Below, in pieces: positions 9,918 to 20,172 of a DNA stretch of 64,000 bases; the stretch's first letter is position 1, and each line of letters starts with the position of its first letter. The position numbers were made by a program, and so were the translations under genes. This DNA comes from Prevotella sp. (GTDB lineage Bacteria > Bacteroidota > Bacteroidia > Bacteroidales > Dysgonomonadaceae): positions 121,700-185,699 of the forward strand of contig JAITVV010000081.1 in assembly GCA_031285625.1 (NCBI GenBank), given 5' to 3'. The notes below the pieces were generated by a model. The model saw only the letters and a list, made by a program, of their open reading frames with translations. It did not search any database and was not told the origin of the DNA.

Positions 9918-10444
9918 TATATATATTATTAATTTTTAATTTAAACTTAACAAAAAATTATAGTGTTTGTAATAGGCTGTTAATTATGTTTATTCTTTTT
10001 TAAGGCAAAGCTTGGATATTATGTTATTAAATATTTGTTTATCTATAAATATGAGTTATTAAACGAAGTAAAATTAGACAAATTATTTATATAAAGAGTC
10101 TTATGGACTTTATTAAAATGATGTTAATAACTCTAGTCGTTAATAATAATTTTAGCGGAAGCCATCATTGATATGTTGAAAAGCCTTTGAAAAGCGAAAT
10201 AATAAAAGTTTGTGATTTTTAGTTGTTATTTGCGACTTATTTCATATATGTTCTTTTGATTCGGAAAACAATATAATTAGTTTGAAAAATATATTCACAG
10301 TTATCAACATCTTTTCAACATCTTTTTTAATAGTTGGAAAATAAGGGGATAAAATAATAGGTATTGTAATTCTTATTTAATTTAAGTAGCATATTCACAG
10401 ATAAATATATAATTTTGTTATTCATTTAATATAAAAAGTAAAAG
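9918..10444. other. Probable chromosomal replication origin (oriC)
   Basis: 527-bp very AT-rich divergent intergenic region with clustered DnaA-box-like 9-mers: TGTTAATAA 10122, TGTTGAAAA 10174, ATATTCACA 10291, TTATCAACA 10301, TTTTCAACA 10312, ATATTCACA 10391; gene orientation flips here. Confidence 0.6.
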
Positions 10445-12199
10445 ATGAAAGGTTTTCTTAAAAGTCTATTAGCCTCTATTTTAGGATGTTTTATTGTCCT
10501 TGGAGTTTTCTTTTTGATATTTTTCTTATCAATAATGGCAATGTCTATTAGCTCTACTGATAAGTATAGTTTGAAAGACAATACTGTTTTCACCCTTAAA
10601 CTTGAGGGCACGCTATCAGAAAGAGTTGAACCTAATTCACTTATGGATATATTGGGCCAGAATACCGATACTGAATTGGGACTTGATGATATTCTTTCTT
10701 CTATTAAAAAGGCAAAGGAGAATGATAAGATAAAAGGTATTTATATCAATGCGGGAGGTTTTTCTGCAGCTTCGGCATCGCTGAAAGAAATAAGAAATCA
10801 ATTGATTGATTTCAAAGAAAGTGGCAAATTTATAGTTGCGTATGGCGATGTGTATACACAAGGCTGTTACTATCTGTCTTCTGTTGCCGATAAAGTGATA
10901 ATGAATCCGCAGGGAAATCTTGATTTGCATGGTCTGTCTGCTTCTCCAACTTTCTATAAAGGTTTGTTGGATAAGATAGGTATAGAAATGCAGATATTCA
11001 AGGTAGGTACATTCAAATCAGCTGTTGAACCTTTCATGCTCGATAAAATGAGTGATGCCAACAGAGAGCAGGTTTCGGCTTATATAGGTGATGTTTGGTC
11101 CACCATTACTTCCGAGATTTCGGAATCCAGGAAATTATCTGTAGAAAAAATTAACCTTGCTGCAGACTCTTTGCAAACTTTCAAAGAGGCAAAATATTCC
11201 TTACAGGATGGTTTTGTAGATACACTGATGTATGAAGCAGATGTTAAAGAATATTTGAAAACACTTGTTGGTGTTGAAAAAGCAAAAGATATAAATGTTG
11301 CTTCTGTAAAGAATATGACTTCTGTCGCTTTCGAAAATGAAAGCAAATCTAAAGATATTGTTGCTGTTTTATATGCTTATGGGTCGATAACAGATGGATC
11401 GGGTAAAGATGGCATTACTAGTAAAAGATATGTAAAAGAAATAGAAAAATTAAAAGATAATGATAAGGTAAAAGCAGTTGTTTTCCGTGTCAATTCGGGA
11501 GGAGGAAGTGCTTATGCTTCCGAACAGATCTGGAAAGCTATATCTGATCTTAAAGAGAAAAAACCGGTAGTAGTATCAATGGGAGATTATGCAGCATCGG
11601 GAGGATATTATATTTCTTGTAATGCTTCTAAGATTATAGCACAGCCTAATACATTGACCGGATCGATAGGTATCTTTGGTATGTTCCCTAATGTAGAAGG
11701 ATTGACAAAGAAAGTAGGACTTTCATTTGATAATGTGAAGACTAATAAATTTGCCGATTTTGGGGATGCTACCCGCCCTATGAGAGATGATGAAAAAGCT
11801 ATATTACAGAACTATATAGAACGTGGGTATGATTTGTTCTTAACCCGTTGTTCGGAAGGTCGCAATATTCCTAAAGATTCATTGGATCTTATAGCACAAG
11901 GCCGTGTATGGACAGGAAATCAGGCTTTAAAAATAGGATTGGTTGATGCTTTGGGAGATTTGGATACTGCTATAGAAGAAGCAGCCAAATTAGCTGAACT
12001 GAGTGATTATTCTTTACGTGATTTCCCTAAGAAACAAGATTTCTTTGAAAGTTTCTTCTCTAATCAGAAAGAAGAACTTACTACACGTGCGATGAAAGAA
12101 TATCTTGGCAATGACTATCAATTATTCAAGACAATAAAAGAAATAAAAGAACAAGATTTTATACAAGCACGCATGCCTTATGATATAGATATCAGATAG
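10445..12199 (+). CDS. sppA: Signal peptide peptidase SppA (protease IV, 67K type)
   Basis: 'VGTFKSAVEPF', 'RVNSGGGS', 'SMGDYAASGGY', 'TGSIG', 'AQGRVWTG'. Confidence 0.96.
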   Translation: MKGFLKSLLASILGCFIVLGVFFLIFFLSIMAMSISSTDKYSLKDNTVFTLKLEGTLSERVEPNSLMDILGQNTDTELGLDDILSSIKKAKENDKIKGIYINAGGFSAASASLKEIRNQLIDFKESGKFIVAYGDVYTQGCYYLSSVADKVIMNPQGNLDLHGLSASPTFYKGLLDKIGIEMQIFKVGTFKSAVEPFMLDKMSDANREQVSAYIGDVWSTITSEISESRKLSVEKINLAADSLQTFKEAKYSLQDGFVDTLMYEADVKEYLKTLVGVEKAKDINVASVKNMTSVAFENESKSKDIVAVLYAYGSITDGSGKDGITSKRYVKEIEKLKDNDKVKAVVFRVNSGGGSAYASEQIWKAISDLKEKKPVVVSMGDYAASGGYYISCNASKIIAQPNTLTGSIGIFGMFPNVEGLTKKVGLSFDNVKTNKFADFGDATRPMRDDEKAILQNYIERGYDLFLTRCSEGRNIPKDSLDLIAQGRVWTGNQALKIGLVDALGDLDTAIEEAAKLAELSDYSLRDFPKKQDFFESFFSNQKEELTTRAMKEYLGNDYQLFKTIKEIKEQDFIQARMPYDIDIR

Positions 12200-12200
12200 T

Positions 12201-12291
12201 CAATGTGCCAATTAGCAAATATGCCAATGTGTAAATAGCGCGAAGCGACGAAACCATTTGCTAATATGCTAATTCTCAAATTACTGATTAG
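12201..12291. repeat. Degenerate 8-bp tandem repeats arranged as inverted arms
   Basis: CAATGTGC CAATTAGC AAATATGC CAATGTGT ... ATTTGCTA ATATGCTA ATTCTCAA ATTACTGA. Confidence 0.6.
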
Positions 12292-12295
12292 ATTA

Positions 12296-13393
12296 ATGAT
12301 AAAACATCAGCCCGTACATATCAACAAGTGGTTGCTGCCATTTTCATGGTTGTACGGGATGATCGTATATTTCAGAAATAAATTTTTTGATTGGAGAATA
12401 TTGAAACAGGAAAAGTTTGATATTCCCATTATTTGTATAGGTAATATTACTGTAGGGGGAACCGGGAAAACTCCGCATACCGAATATCTTATACGCTTGT
12501 TGCAAAACAAATACAGGGTAGGGGTGCTGAGCAGAGGTTATAAACGGAAAACTAAAGGTTTTGTTTTGGCTACTGATGATACTACAAGTAAAGATATAGG
12601 TGATGAATCTTTTCAGATAAAAAATAAATTCCCCGGTGTAATTCTTGCAGTGGATGGAAACAGGCGGAGGGGCATTAATAAATTGTTAGCACTTGATAAT
12701 CCTCCTGAAGTAATTTTATTGGATGATGCATTCCAGCATCGGTATGTAAAACCTTCGTACACAATTATACTGTCGGATTTTAACCGCCCTGTTTATGAAG
12801 ATACTCTGCTTCCTGCCGGACGATTAAGAGAGCCTTTTTCACAGATCAGCGAGGCAAATATGATTATTGTAACCAAATGTCCTGAATTGCAACCTATCGA
12901 TTATCGTATCATATCACATGATATAAATGCTTTTCCTTATCAGGGATTATATTTTACATCTCTCGATTATAAGGGACTGCAACCTGTATTTTCGGAAAGT
13001 AATGCAGGTAAAACACTATCCGAACTTAAGAATAAGCATATTCTCCTGGCTACGGGTATTGCTTCCCCTGAAATGATAATAAAGAAATTATCTGAATTCA
13101 CTGATAAAATGGATACTATTACTTATCCTGATCATTATACATTTAAAGAAAAAGATATAAAGCATATTACAAGTAAGTTTAATGAAATAAGCTCGGATGA
13201 TAAGATCATTTTGGTAACAGAAAAAGATGCTGCCCGACTGATTATAAGGACAGACATAAGTGATGAAATAAAGAAGTATTTATATTACCTTCCTATCGAG
13301 GTGGTATTTATGGATAAGGAAGATGATTTTAAAGATAAAATAATAAAACATGTTAGAGAAAATACAAGAAACCGCAGCATTCATAAAAAATAA
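12296..13393 (+). CDS. lpxK: Tetraacyldisaccharide 4'-kinase (start probably 12296, not 12266)
   Basis: 'IGNITVGGTGKTP', 'LSRGYKR', 'LDDAFQH', 'LPAGRLRE', 'TEKD'. Confidence 0.95.
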   Translation: MIKHQPVHINKWLLPFSWLYGMIVYFRNKFFDWRILKQEKFDIPIICIGNITVGGTGKTPHTEYLIRLLQNKYRVGVLSRGYKRKTKGFVLATDDTTSKDIGDESFQIKNKFPGVILAVDGNRRRGINKLLALDNPPEVILLDDAFQHRYVKPSYTIILSDFNRPVYEDTLLPAGRLREPFSQISEANMIIVTKCPELQPIDYRIISHDINAFPYQGLYFTSLDYKGLQPVFSESNAGKTLSELKNKHILLATGIASPEMIIKKLSEFTDKMDTITYPDHYTFKEKDIKHITSKFNEISSDDKIILVTEKDAARLIIRTDISDEIKKYLYYLPIEVVFMDKEDDFKDKIIKHVRENTRNRSIHKK

Positions 13394-14165
13394 AGTGGAG
13401 AATATACCCAATATAGCTATTATACTGGGAACAGGTTTAGGAGAACTGGTACACGAAATAAGTAATAAGAAAGAATTACCTTACGAAGGTATTCCCAATT
13501 TTCCTTTGTCTACAGTAGAAGGCCATAGTGGAAAGCTTATTTTTGGAGAGCTGGGGGGAAAACCTGTTTTAGCTATGCAGGGCCGTTTTCATTATTATGA
13601 AGGCTATACTATGAAGGAGGTGACTTTCCCTATACGTGTTTTTCAGGCTTTAGGCATTCAATATTTGTTTGTATCTAATGCATCGGGAGGCATGAATGGA
13701 AGCTTCGACATAGGTGATATTATGCTTATCGATGATCACATCAATATGTTTCCCGAACATCCGTTACATGGGAAAAATTATAAAGAATTAGGCACTCGTT
13801 TTCCGGATATGAGTGAGGCATATAATAAAGAACTTCGCCTGATGGCTATGGAAATAGCTAAAGAGAACAATATAAAACTTCAACATGGCGTTTATGTAGG
13901 TACACAGGGACCAACATTCGAAACGCCTGCCGAATACAACTGGTTTAGAATCATTGGTGGTGATGCCGTGGGTATGTCTACAGTGCCGGAGGTGATAGTA
14001 GCCAATCATGCCGGAATGAAGGTGTTGGCATTCTCTATAATTACAGATATAGGCATCATTGGTAAAATAGTTGAGGTGACTCACGAAGATGTACAGGAAG
14101 CAGCTAAAATAGCTCAACCAAAGATGGCTTATATCATGCAGGAAATTATAAAACGAATAAATTGA
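13350..14165 (+). CDS. punA: Purine-nucleoside phosphorylase (PNP-I type)
   Basis: 'ILGTGLG', 'VEGHSG', 'QGRFHYYEG', 'GPTFETPAE', 'VGMSTVPE'. Confidence 0.93.
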   Translation: MLEKIQETAAFIKNKVENIPNIAIILGTGLGELVHEISNKKELPYEGIPNFPLSTVEGHSGKLIFGELGGKPVLAMQGRFHYYEGYTMKEVTFPIRVFQALGIQYLFVSNASGGMNGSFDIGDIMLIDDHINMFPEHPLHGKNYKELGTRFPDMSEAYNKELRLMAMEIAKENNIKLQHGVYVGTQGPTFETPAEYNWFRIIGGDAVGMSTVPEVIVANHAGMKVLAFSIITDIGIIGKIVEVTHEDVQEAAKIAQPKMAYIMQEIIKRIN

Positions 14166-14213
14166 TATTGAACATATATTTTTAACAAACACTTAATATA
14201 AAGTTTACAAATT

Positions 14214-14837
14214 ATGAAAAAATTGATTTTAGTATTTGTTACGACATCTTTGGCTATAGGACTATTCAGTTCTTGTTCGGGATGTGTAAAAGAAGCTACG
14301 AAGAAAGTAACAGAAACAGGCCTGGAAGTGATAGAAGGTGCTGCTGAAGCAGTGGACGAACATGGTGCCCGTGTGGGAGAAAAAACAACCGATGCTGCCG
14401 GAAAAGTAGCAGAAGGTGTAGGTCGTAGCCTTGATAGACAATTGAATGAACATGCTACAAAGGTAGCTTCGGTAGGCGGACGTACACTGGTGCAAACTGT
14501 AGATGGCTTTGTTAACGGATTTAATGCTGAAGTAGAAACTCATTATGATGTACTTCCTCACACAGATAAATTCTGTTCGGGAGTTTCTCTTGATTATTTT
14601 GCAAAGTATAAGACCACTCCTGTTGTAGATGCTTATTTTATAATAATGGAAGAAGGGACGTATAAATGTAAATTTGAATGTACAAACAAAAGCGGCAAAT
14701 TATTCCTGACAAAAAATGCAGAAATAAAAAAAATTGCAGGAGAGCGTAAATATTCATTAGTGAGTTTTGCCCTCAATCCTGAAGAAGAAAAGGAATTTGC
14801 TGATATACAAAATATAAAAATTACTGTTACTAAATAA
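14214..14837 (+). CDS. Hypothetical lipoprotein
   Basis: Lipobox 'FSSC', helical N-half and beta-rich C-half. Confidence 0.7.
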   Translation: MKKLILVFVTTSLAIGLFSSCSGCVKEATKKVTETGLEVIEGAAEAVDEHGARVGEKTTDAAGKVAEGVGRSLDRQLNEHATKVASVGGRTLVQTVDGFVNGFNAEVETHYDVLPHTDKFCSGVSLDYFAKYKTTPVVDAYFIIMEEGTYKCKFECTNKSGKLFLTKNAEIKKIAGERKYSLVSFALNPEEEKEFADIQNIKITVTK

Positions 14838-14860
14838 ATGTAATTTTTACTGAACTAACA

Positions 14861-14890
14861 GAGGGCTATTCATACGAATAGCTCTTTTTT
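14861..14890 (+). terminator. Intrinsic terminator
   Basis: GAGGGCTATTC-atac-GAATAGCTCT followed by a T-run. Confidence 0.8.
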
Positions 14891-14965
14891 GTTGATTTCA
14901 TACTGATTCCAAATATTTGATTTTTAGAAAGTTTATTTATCTTTATATAGTTAAATTTTAATGGT

Positions 14966-16405
14966 ATGAAAACACATATAATTTCTATTATAATACTCTC
15001 TTTCTTATTTTCTGTGGCGTATGCTCAAGATAAAGTAACTATTAATAAGATAGATAATGAGATACAGAATGGTAATTTTGAAACGTCAAAGAAGTTGATA
15101 GATCTGTATATTGCACAGAATGATCTCTCATTAAAGGAGATTTATGACCTTAATGCCAGAAAAGATATATTAGACAGGATTGCTGTCGATTTTTCTAAAA
15201 GCAAATCTGCTGTTACAGAGTTTATCAAAAAATATTATCCGGATGTAAATGATAAAATGCTTTCCGACTGGGAGGCTGAGAAATCATTGGAATCTATGGT
15301 TATTAATGGTGAAAAGAAATACCTTGGTAGGGCTGCACCTAATCTTTTCAGGATAAATAAAGATGCTATAAAACGCAAATTAGAAGTCGATGGAGACCAG
15401 AAAGATGAAGTTCAAAAAGTATTGGAAACACATCTTCTTTCTGTTGTAAATGAACTGAAAAAGAATGGAAAGGTACAGACATCCCCTGTAAAAATGAAGG
15501 TAAAATATATTATCACACTTAAACCTAATGTTGTGCCTGCAGGAGAGATGGTACGATGCTGGTTACCCTATCCCCGCGAAGACAATCGTCGGCAAACAGA
15601 TGTAAAGCTATTGTCAGTAAATGATAATAATTATATAATATCTCCAGCGGATTATGCTCAACGAACATTATATATGCAAAAAGTAGCGGAAAAAGATAAA
15701 CCATTGACTTTCTCTTTTGAGTTTTCTTATGCTTCTGCTGCCGAATGGTTCAACATTAAGCCAGAGGATATTAAACCATATAATATAAACACGGATTTAT
15801 ATAAAGAGTATACATCAGAACGGGATACACATATCATCTTTACAGACAGAATAAAGGAACTTTCACAGAAAATTATAGGTAATGAATCAAACCCTTATCT
15901 GAAAGTAAAAAAAATATTTGATTATATTGCTGATAATTATCCCTGGGCGGGTGCACGTGAATATTCCACTATACCCAATATCTCTGAATATGTAATAGAA
16001 AATGGTCATGGCGATTGCGGTCAGGTAGCTCTTTTGTTTATTACATTGGCACGCTATAATGGTATTCCTGCCAAATGGCAAAGCGGATTTATGATGCATC
16101 CTGATGCACTTAACCTTCATGATTGGGCTGAGGTCTATTTTGAAGGAATAGGGTGGGTACCTGTTGACCAATCGTTTGGCAGAAGGAAATTAAATATGGG
16201 TGATGATATCAAATACTTCTATGCAAATGGCATCGATGCATACCGTTGGATAGTAAATGATGATTATTCAAGACCTTTATTCCCTGAAAAAATATATACC
16301 CGGAGTGAAACTGTCGATTTTCAGAGGGGTGAGCTCGAATGGCGTGGAGGAAATATTTATTTCGATCAGTGGAATTGGGATTTTGATGTGGAATATTTAG
16401 ATTAG
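14966..16405 (+). CDS. Transglutaminase-like domain protein, secreted
   Basis: Signal peptide; Cys-His-Asp triad motifs 'GDCG', 'HDWAE', 'WVPVD'. Confidence 0.88.
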   Translation: MKTHIISIIILSFLFSVAYAQDKVTINKIDNEIQNGNFETSKKLIDLYIAQNDLSLKEIYDLNARKDILDRIAVDFSKSKSAVTEFIKKYYPDVNDKMLSDWEAEKSLESMVINGEKKYLGRAAPNLFRINKDAIKRKLEVDGDQKDEVQKVLETHLLSVVNELKKNGKVQTSPVKMKVKYIITLKPNVVPAGEMVRCWLPYPREDNRRQTDVKLLSVNDNNYIISPADYAQRTLYMQKVAEKDKPLTFSFEFSYASAAEWFNIKPEDIKPYNINTDLYKEYTSERDTHIIFTDRIKELSQKIIGNESNPYLKVKKIFDYIADNYPWAGAREYSTIPNISEYVIENGHGDCGQVALLFITLARYNGIPAKWQSGFMMHPDALNLHDWAEVYFEGIGWVPVDQSFGRRKLNMGDDIKYFYANGIDAYRWIVNDDYSRPLFPEKIYTRSETVDFQRGELEWRGGNIYFDQWNWDFDVEYLD

Positions 16406-17598
16406 CCTTTCTCCTTCTTTGTATTTGGCAAAAAAGCAGCGACTAAGCCGATCAATGGCAAGTAAGCACATATATCATACACATGTTGTATACTGGTTTC
16501 GTCAGCTATCTTTCCTAGTACTGCAGAGGCTATACCTGCTATACCGAATGCCAGGCCAAAGAATAACCCACCTATCAGTCCTACTTTTCCGGGAACCAAT
16601 TCCTGTGCATACACAAGTATGGCAGAGAAAGCAGAAGAGAGTATCAGTCCTATAAAGATACTTAGTACACATGTCCATACTAATCCTACATGCGGCATAA
16701 TAAGAGCGAAAGGAGCTGTACCTAGTATAGATGCCCATATAACATATTTTCGCCCGATACGGTCGCCGATAGGGCCTCCGATAATGGTACCAACAGCCAC
16801 GGCAAATAAAAATGCGAATAAGAATAACTGGGCATCATGAACCGATAAAGCGAATTTGTCGATCAGGTAGAACATATAATAACTACTGAGGCTCGCCATA
16901 TATACATATTTAGAAAATATGAGTATCAAAAGGATGATAATTGCAAAGGCCACTTTCTTTGTTGAGTAAATAGATTTCTTTTCTACTGAATTATCATTTT
17001 TAACCGCCGGTTTTAATCTATATAAATTGTTCTTATACCATTTGCTGATAATAAGCATAATACCTATACATATAAGTGCAATAAGTGATAACCAACCTAT
17101 ATTTCGTTGTCCGTATGGGGTTATAATCCACAAGGCCAATAAAGGGCCTATCGATGATCCGAAATTTCCACCAACCTGAAAGATGGATTGTGCCAGTCCG
17201 GGTTTACCTCCGGATGCCATATAAGCTAAACGCGAAGCTTCAGGATGAAAAACAGAAGACCCTAACCCTGTGAGGAATACTGAAATCAATACATGTATAA
17301 AGCTTCCTGCGAAAGATAGGGAGAGGATACCAATCATAGTAAATGTCATTCCTATTGGTAGGGAATATGGTTGAGGTTTCCTGTCGGTAATAAGCCCTAC
17401 TATTGGTTGAAAGAGCGATGATGACAACTGGAAGACCAAAGTTATGAGCCCTATCTGCGTAAAGTTGAGCAATAATGAATCTTTGAGTAAAGGATATACT
17501 GCAGATATAATAGATTGCAGCATATCATTCAGCATATGGCATGCAGCCAGAAGTGATAATATAGCAAAAGCTGTTCCTGTTTGAGAAGTCGTTTTCAT
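16402..17598 (-). CDS. fsr: MFS transporter, fosmidomycin-resistance (Fsr) family
   Basis: 'HMLND', 'GSSVFHPEAS', 'QSIFQVGGN', 'DRIGRK', 'YAQELVPG'. Confidence 0.85.
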   Translation of the reverse strand: MKTTSQTGTAFAILSLLAACHMLNDMLQSIISAVYPLLKDSLLLNFTQIGLITLVFQLSSSLFQPIVGLITDRKPQPYSLPIGMTFTMIGILSLSFAGSFIHVLISVFLTGLGSSVFHPEASRLAYMASGGKPGLAQSIFQVGGNFGSSIGPLLALWIITPYGQRNIGWLSLIALICIGIMLIISKWYKNNLYRLKPAVKNDNSVEKKSIYSTKKVAFAIIILLILIFSKYVYMASLSSYYMFYLIDKFALSVHDAQLFLFAFLFAVAVGTIIGGPIGDRIGRKYVIWASILGTAPFALIMPHVGLVWTCVLSIFIGLILSSAFSAILVYAQELVPGKVGLIGGLFFGLAFGIAGIASAVLGKIADETSIQHVYDICAYLPLIGLVAAFLPNTKKEKG

Positions 17599-17650
17599 TG
17601 TTTGACAAACACAGAATAAATATAAAAATCTGCAAAGTTACTCAAAAAGT

Positions 17651-19414
17651 CTATATTATACTTTCAATGAATGTGTTTAAATCTTCTTCCTTTCCTAAAT
17701 CAAGTTTTTGCTTAAGTCTGTATTTTGTCATCCTTACGGTTTTTGATTCTACATGAAGAAGTTCGGCTATCTCTTTTGAAGACATTTTCATGAAGATGCA
17801 TACACAATACTTGAGGTCTAAAGAAGTAAGTTTTTGTTTGGCTTTGTTTTGAAGTTTTGTATAGAAATCGGGATGTATTTCTTTCAGTTCAGTTCTGAAG
17901 CCTTCAAAGTTGTTATCTATATTGAGTTCCTTATTCAGTATCTTCTCTATTTTAGTTTTGTCTATTGATGAATTTTTTAGAATATTATCTAACAACTCAT
18001 TTTTGTAGCTAAGCTGCATGTTACTGATAACTGCCTCTTGTTGTAAACGTTTCGCTTGGGTTTCTTTCAATTCGGCAAGTAACGAAGCTTCATGTTTTTC
18101 TTGTTTCAGAAGTATTTCTTTCTGTTTCAGATATTTTATACGATAGGTAAAGAACAATATCAGAAATATTAATCCCAATAATAAGAAAACAGCTATTCCC
18201 ATATACAGGTTATTTTGTGTCTGCTCGAATTTTAATTCCTGCTCTTTTTTCTCAAACTGGTATTTAGCATGTAATTGTTGCCCTGTTTTTATATTTCTTT
18301 CATTGTAGTATTTCTGATAAAAGTCCAAAGATTTACTTAAATATTCGGTAGATTTTTTATACTCTTGTTGTTCCTCATATAATGATGCCAATTGATGGCT
18401 TAGCTCAAATTTAAACTTAAATAGTTTTTCTTGTTTCGATACTTCTGCTATAGCTTCTAAGTTTATCTGTTCTGCCAATGCATAATCATTCTTAACCGTT
18501 GCAGCTATATACAATAACTGATAATAATTCACAAGGAACTCTATATCGTGGTTTCGCTCTTTTACTATATTGGCTTCTTTCACATATTGATCAATCAAAT
18601 CAATATTTACCTTATCCGGCTTTATTTCATTTTTTAATTGATAAGCATAAGATGCATTTGTCAGAGCATTCAAATAAGCAATATCCCTGATATATCCAGG
18701 CTTTTGTTTATATAAATCAATTGACTTATCAAAACAAAAAATGGCCGAGTCAAGCAATGCAATATTCTCTTTCTGTTTTGGATCCAATAAATATCGGACG
18801 CCACGAATTGACCACCCTAAACACAGAATATTAGGTCTTTGGCTTTTCTTAGCGGCTTCTAATGATAATTTGGTGTATAAATCCAGCTTTTCAATATCGG
18901 ATTGATGATAGCTGGATAAGATATAATAGTCCGAAGATTGAGTATCCCAGCTATGCTCTGTATTTTTCAATAATTCCAGCGATCGATAGATATCTGTTAG
19001 TCCGTCCTTATCTTCTAATTGTAGTTTTATTACTCCTATCCGATTATATCCTATTGCATTAGCTCTTATATCTGATGATTCTTTGATACAAGCTAAACAA
19101 CTATCTATTATAGAATAACTCCTCTCAGCATCTCCCTTTAGACAATATAGTAATCCAAGATTAGAATAGGCATAAACTCCGTAATGTTTTTCTTTTTGTT
19201 TAGTAGATAAGGAAACAGCTATTCTGCTGTATCTCATAGATGTAATAAAATCACCTTGGGTAAATCCGGATAATTGCGAATAAGCAATAATTTTATCTTT
19301 ATCCTTTATCGTAGGGTCATTAACTATTGTTTGAAGTGAATCGATAGACCTTTGTTGAGCTATACCCGATATATATATTGCAAGTAGTAATAAAAGTATT
19401 GTGTATTTTTTCAT
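17651..19414 (-). CDS. Membrane-spanning one-component regulator: periplasmic TPR-like sensor, TM helix, C-terminal LuxR-type HTH
   Basis: Signal peptide, helical repeats, single TM, 'LTSLDLKYC...SSKEIAELLHVESKTVRMTKYRLKQKL'. Confidence 0.85.
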   Translation of the reverse strand: MKKYTILLLLLAIYISGIAQQRSIDSLQTIVNDPTIKDKDKIIAYSQLSGFTQGDFITSMRYSRIAVSLSTKQKEKHYGVYAYSNLGLLYCLKGDAERSYSIIDSCLACIKESSDIRANAIGYNRIGVIKLQLEDKDGLTDIYRSLELLKNTEHSWDTQSSDYYILSSYHQSDIEKLDLYTKLSLEAAKKSQRPNILCLGWSIRGVRYLLDPKQKENIALLDSAIFCFDKSIDLYKQKPGYIRDIAYLNALTNASYAYQLKNEIKPDKVNIDLIDQYVKEANIVKERNHDIEFLVNYYQLLYIAATVKNDYALAEQINLEAIAEVSKQEKLFKFKFELSHQLASLYEEQQEYKKSTEYLSKSLDFYQKYYNERNIKTGQQLHAKYQFEKKEQELKFEQTQNNLYMGIAVFLLLGLIFLILFFTYRIKYLKQKEILLKQEKHEASLLAELKETQAKRLQQEAVISNMQLSYKNELLDNILKNSSIDKTKIEKILNKELNIDNNFEGFRTELKEIHPDFYTKLQNKAKQKLTSLDLKYCVCIFMKMSSKEIAELLHVESKTVRMTKYRLKQKLDLGKEEDLNTFIESII

Positions 19415-19476
19415 CCTTTTTCAATTATTTATTTCTTAAACAGGTGTAGAGCGGACTAAAATAATGAAAAAGAGGC

Positions 19477-19615
19477 TGTCCCAAAAGTAATTTTCACTTT
19501 CTTTTTGTCATATTGAACGGAGTGAAACATCTCGTATCCGGAGGGTCGAGATTCTTCGTTACACTCAGAATGACAAAGAAAGTAACACTTTATTAGTGTA
19601 ATTACTTTTGGGACA
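19477..19615. mobile_element. MITE-like element with 16-bp perfect inverted repeats enclosing a REP-like repeat
   Basis: TGTCCCAAAAGTAATT (19477-19492) and AATTACTTTTGGGACA (19600-19615); no transposase. Confidence 0.6.
19506..19575. repeat. REP-like palindromic repeat (TGTCAT...ATGACA family), copy 1
   Basis: 70 bp; 62/70 identical to 45761-45830. Confidence 0.85.
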
Positions 19616-19651
19616 AGTCTATCTCTGCTTCTTACCGACTTCAATAAGAAG

Positions 19652-20125
19652 TTATTCTAATATTTTGCTTAATTGGAAACTTTTGGTAGCTAAAACTGTT
19701 TCTTCTACTTCATAAATCACTTTTGTATCCTTATGAACCTTCACCTTAATTGTTGCAGGTTTATTATCTACATAACTTGAAACACTAATTCCTAAAATGA
19801 GTGAGCTACACGATTGGGAGAGTGTAAATGTGTTATTTGCAGTAAAAGTATAGTTATTGTCAGTAAGCGATGTTGTAGTCAGTACCTTACCTGAACCATC
19901 TTTTATATCTACACTGCTGGTTCCTTCCGTCGCAATACCAGTTATACTTGCTTGTTTAAAACAATTCTGATAATCTCCGCTAAATGCTATTTCCACTTTG
20001 TAGATACCACCTTTTGCAGGATCGGGTAAATTATCATCATCGTCATCGCTACTACAAGCACTAAATCCTACAGTTACAGCAAATACTATTATTGCTATGA
20101 AATACTTACTAAATACTCTTTTCAT
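19652..20125 (-). CDS. Surface lipoprotein (small beta-rich fold)
   Basis: Lipobox 'FSAC' followed by an acidic SSDDDDD export-signal-like stretch. Confidence 0.8.
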   Translation of the reverse strand: MKRVFSKYFIAIIVFAVTVGFSACSSDDDDDNLPDPAKGGIYKVEIAFSGDYQNCFKQASITGIATEGTSSVDIKDGSGKVLTTTSLTDNNYTFTANNTFTLSQSCSSLILGISVSSYVDNKPATIKVKVHKDTKVIYEVEETVLATKSFQLSKILE

Positions 20126-20172
20126 AAAATTTCAGTTTTTATAAAGTTTATAACATATTTGTTTACGCTGGC

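Noticed and set aside
19522-19529. GTGAAACA resembling a parS half-site (also ~45777)
   Set aside because: Only half of TGTTTCACGTGAAACA, and it lies inside the REP repeat.
19456-19644. 62-aa ORF (and the similar 45555-45866 ORF) sharing CHSECNEESR
   Set aside because: Both are translations of the REP-like repeat, not genes.
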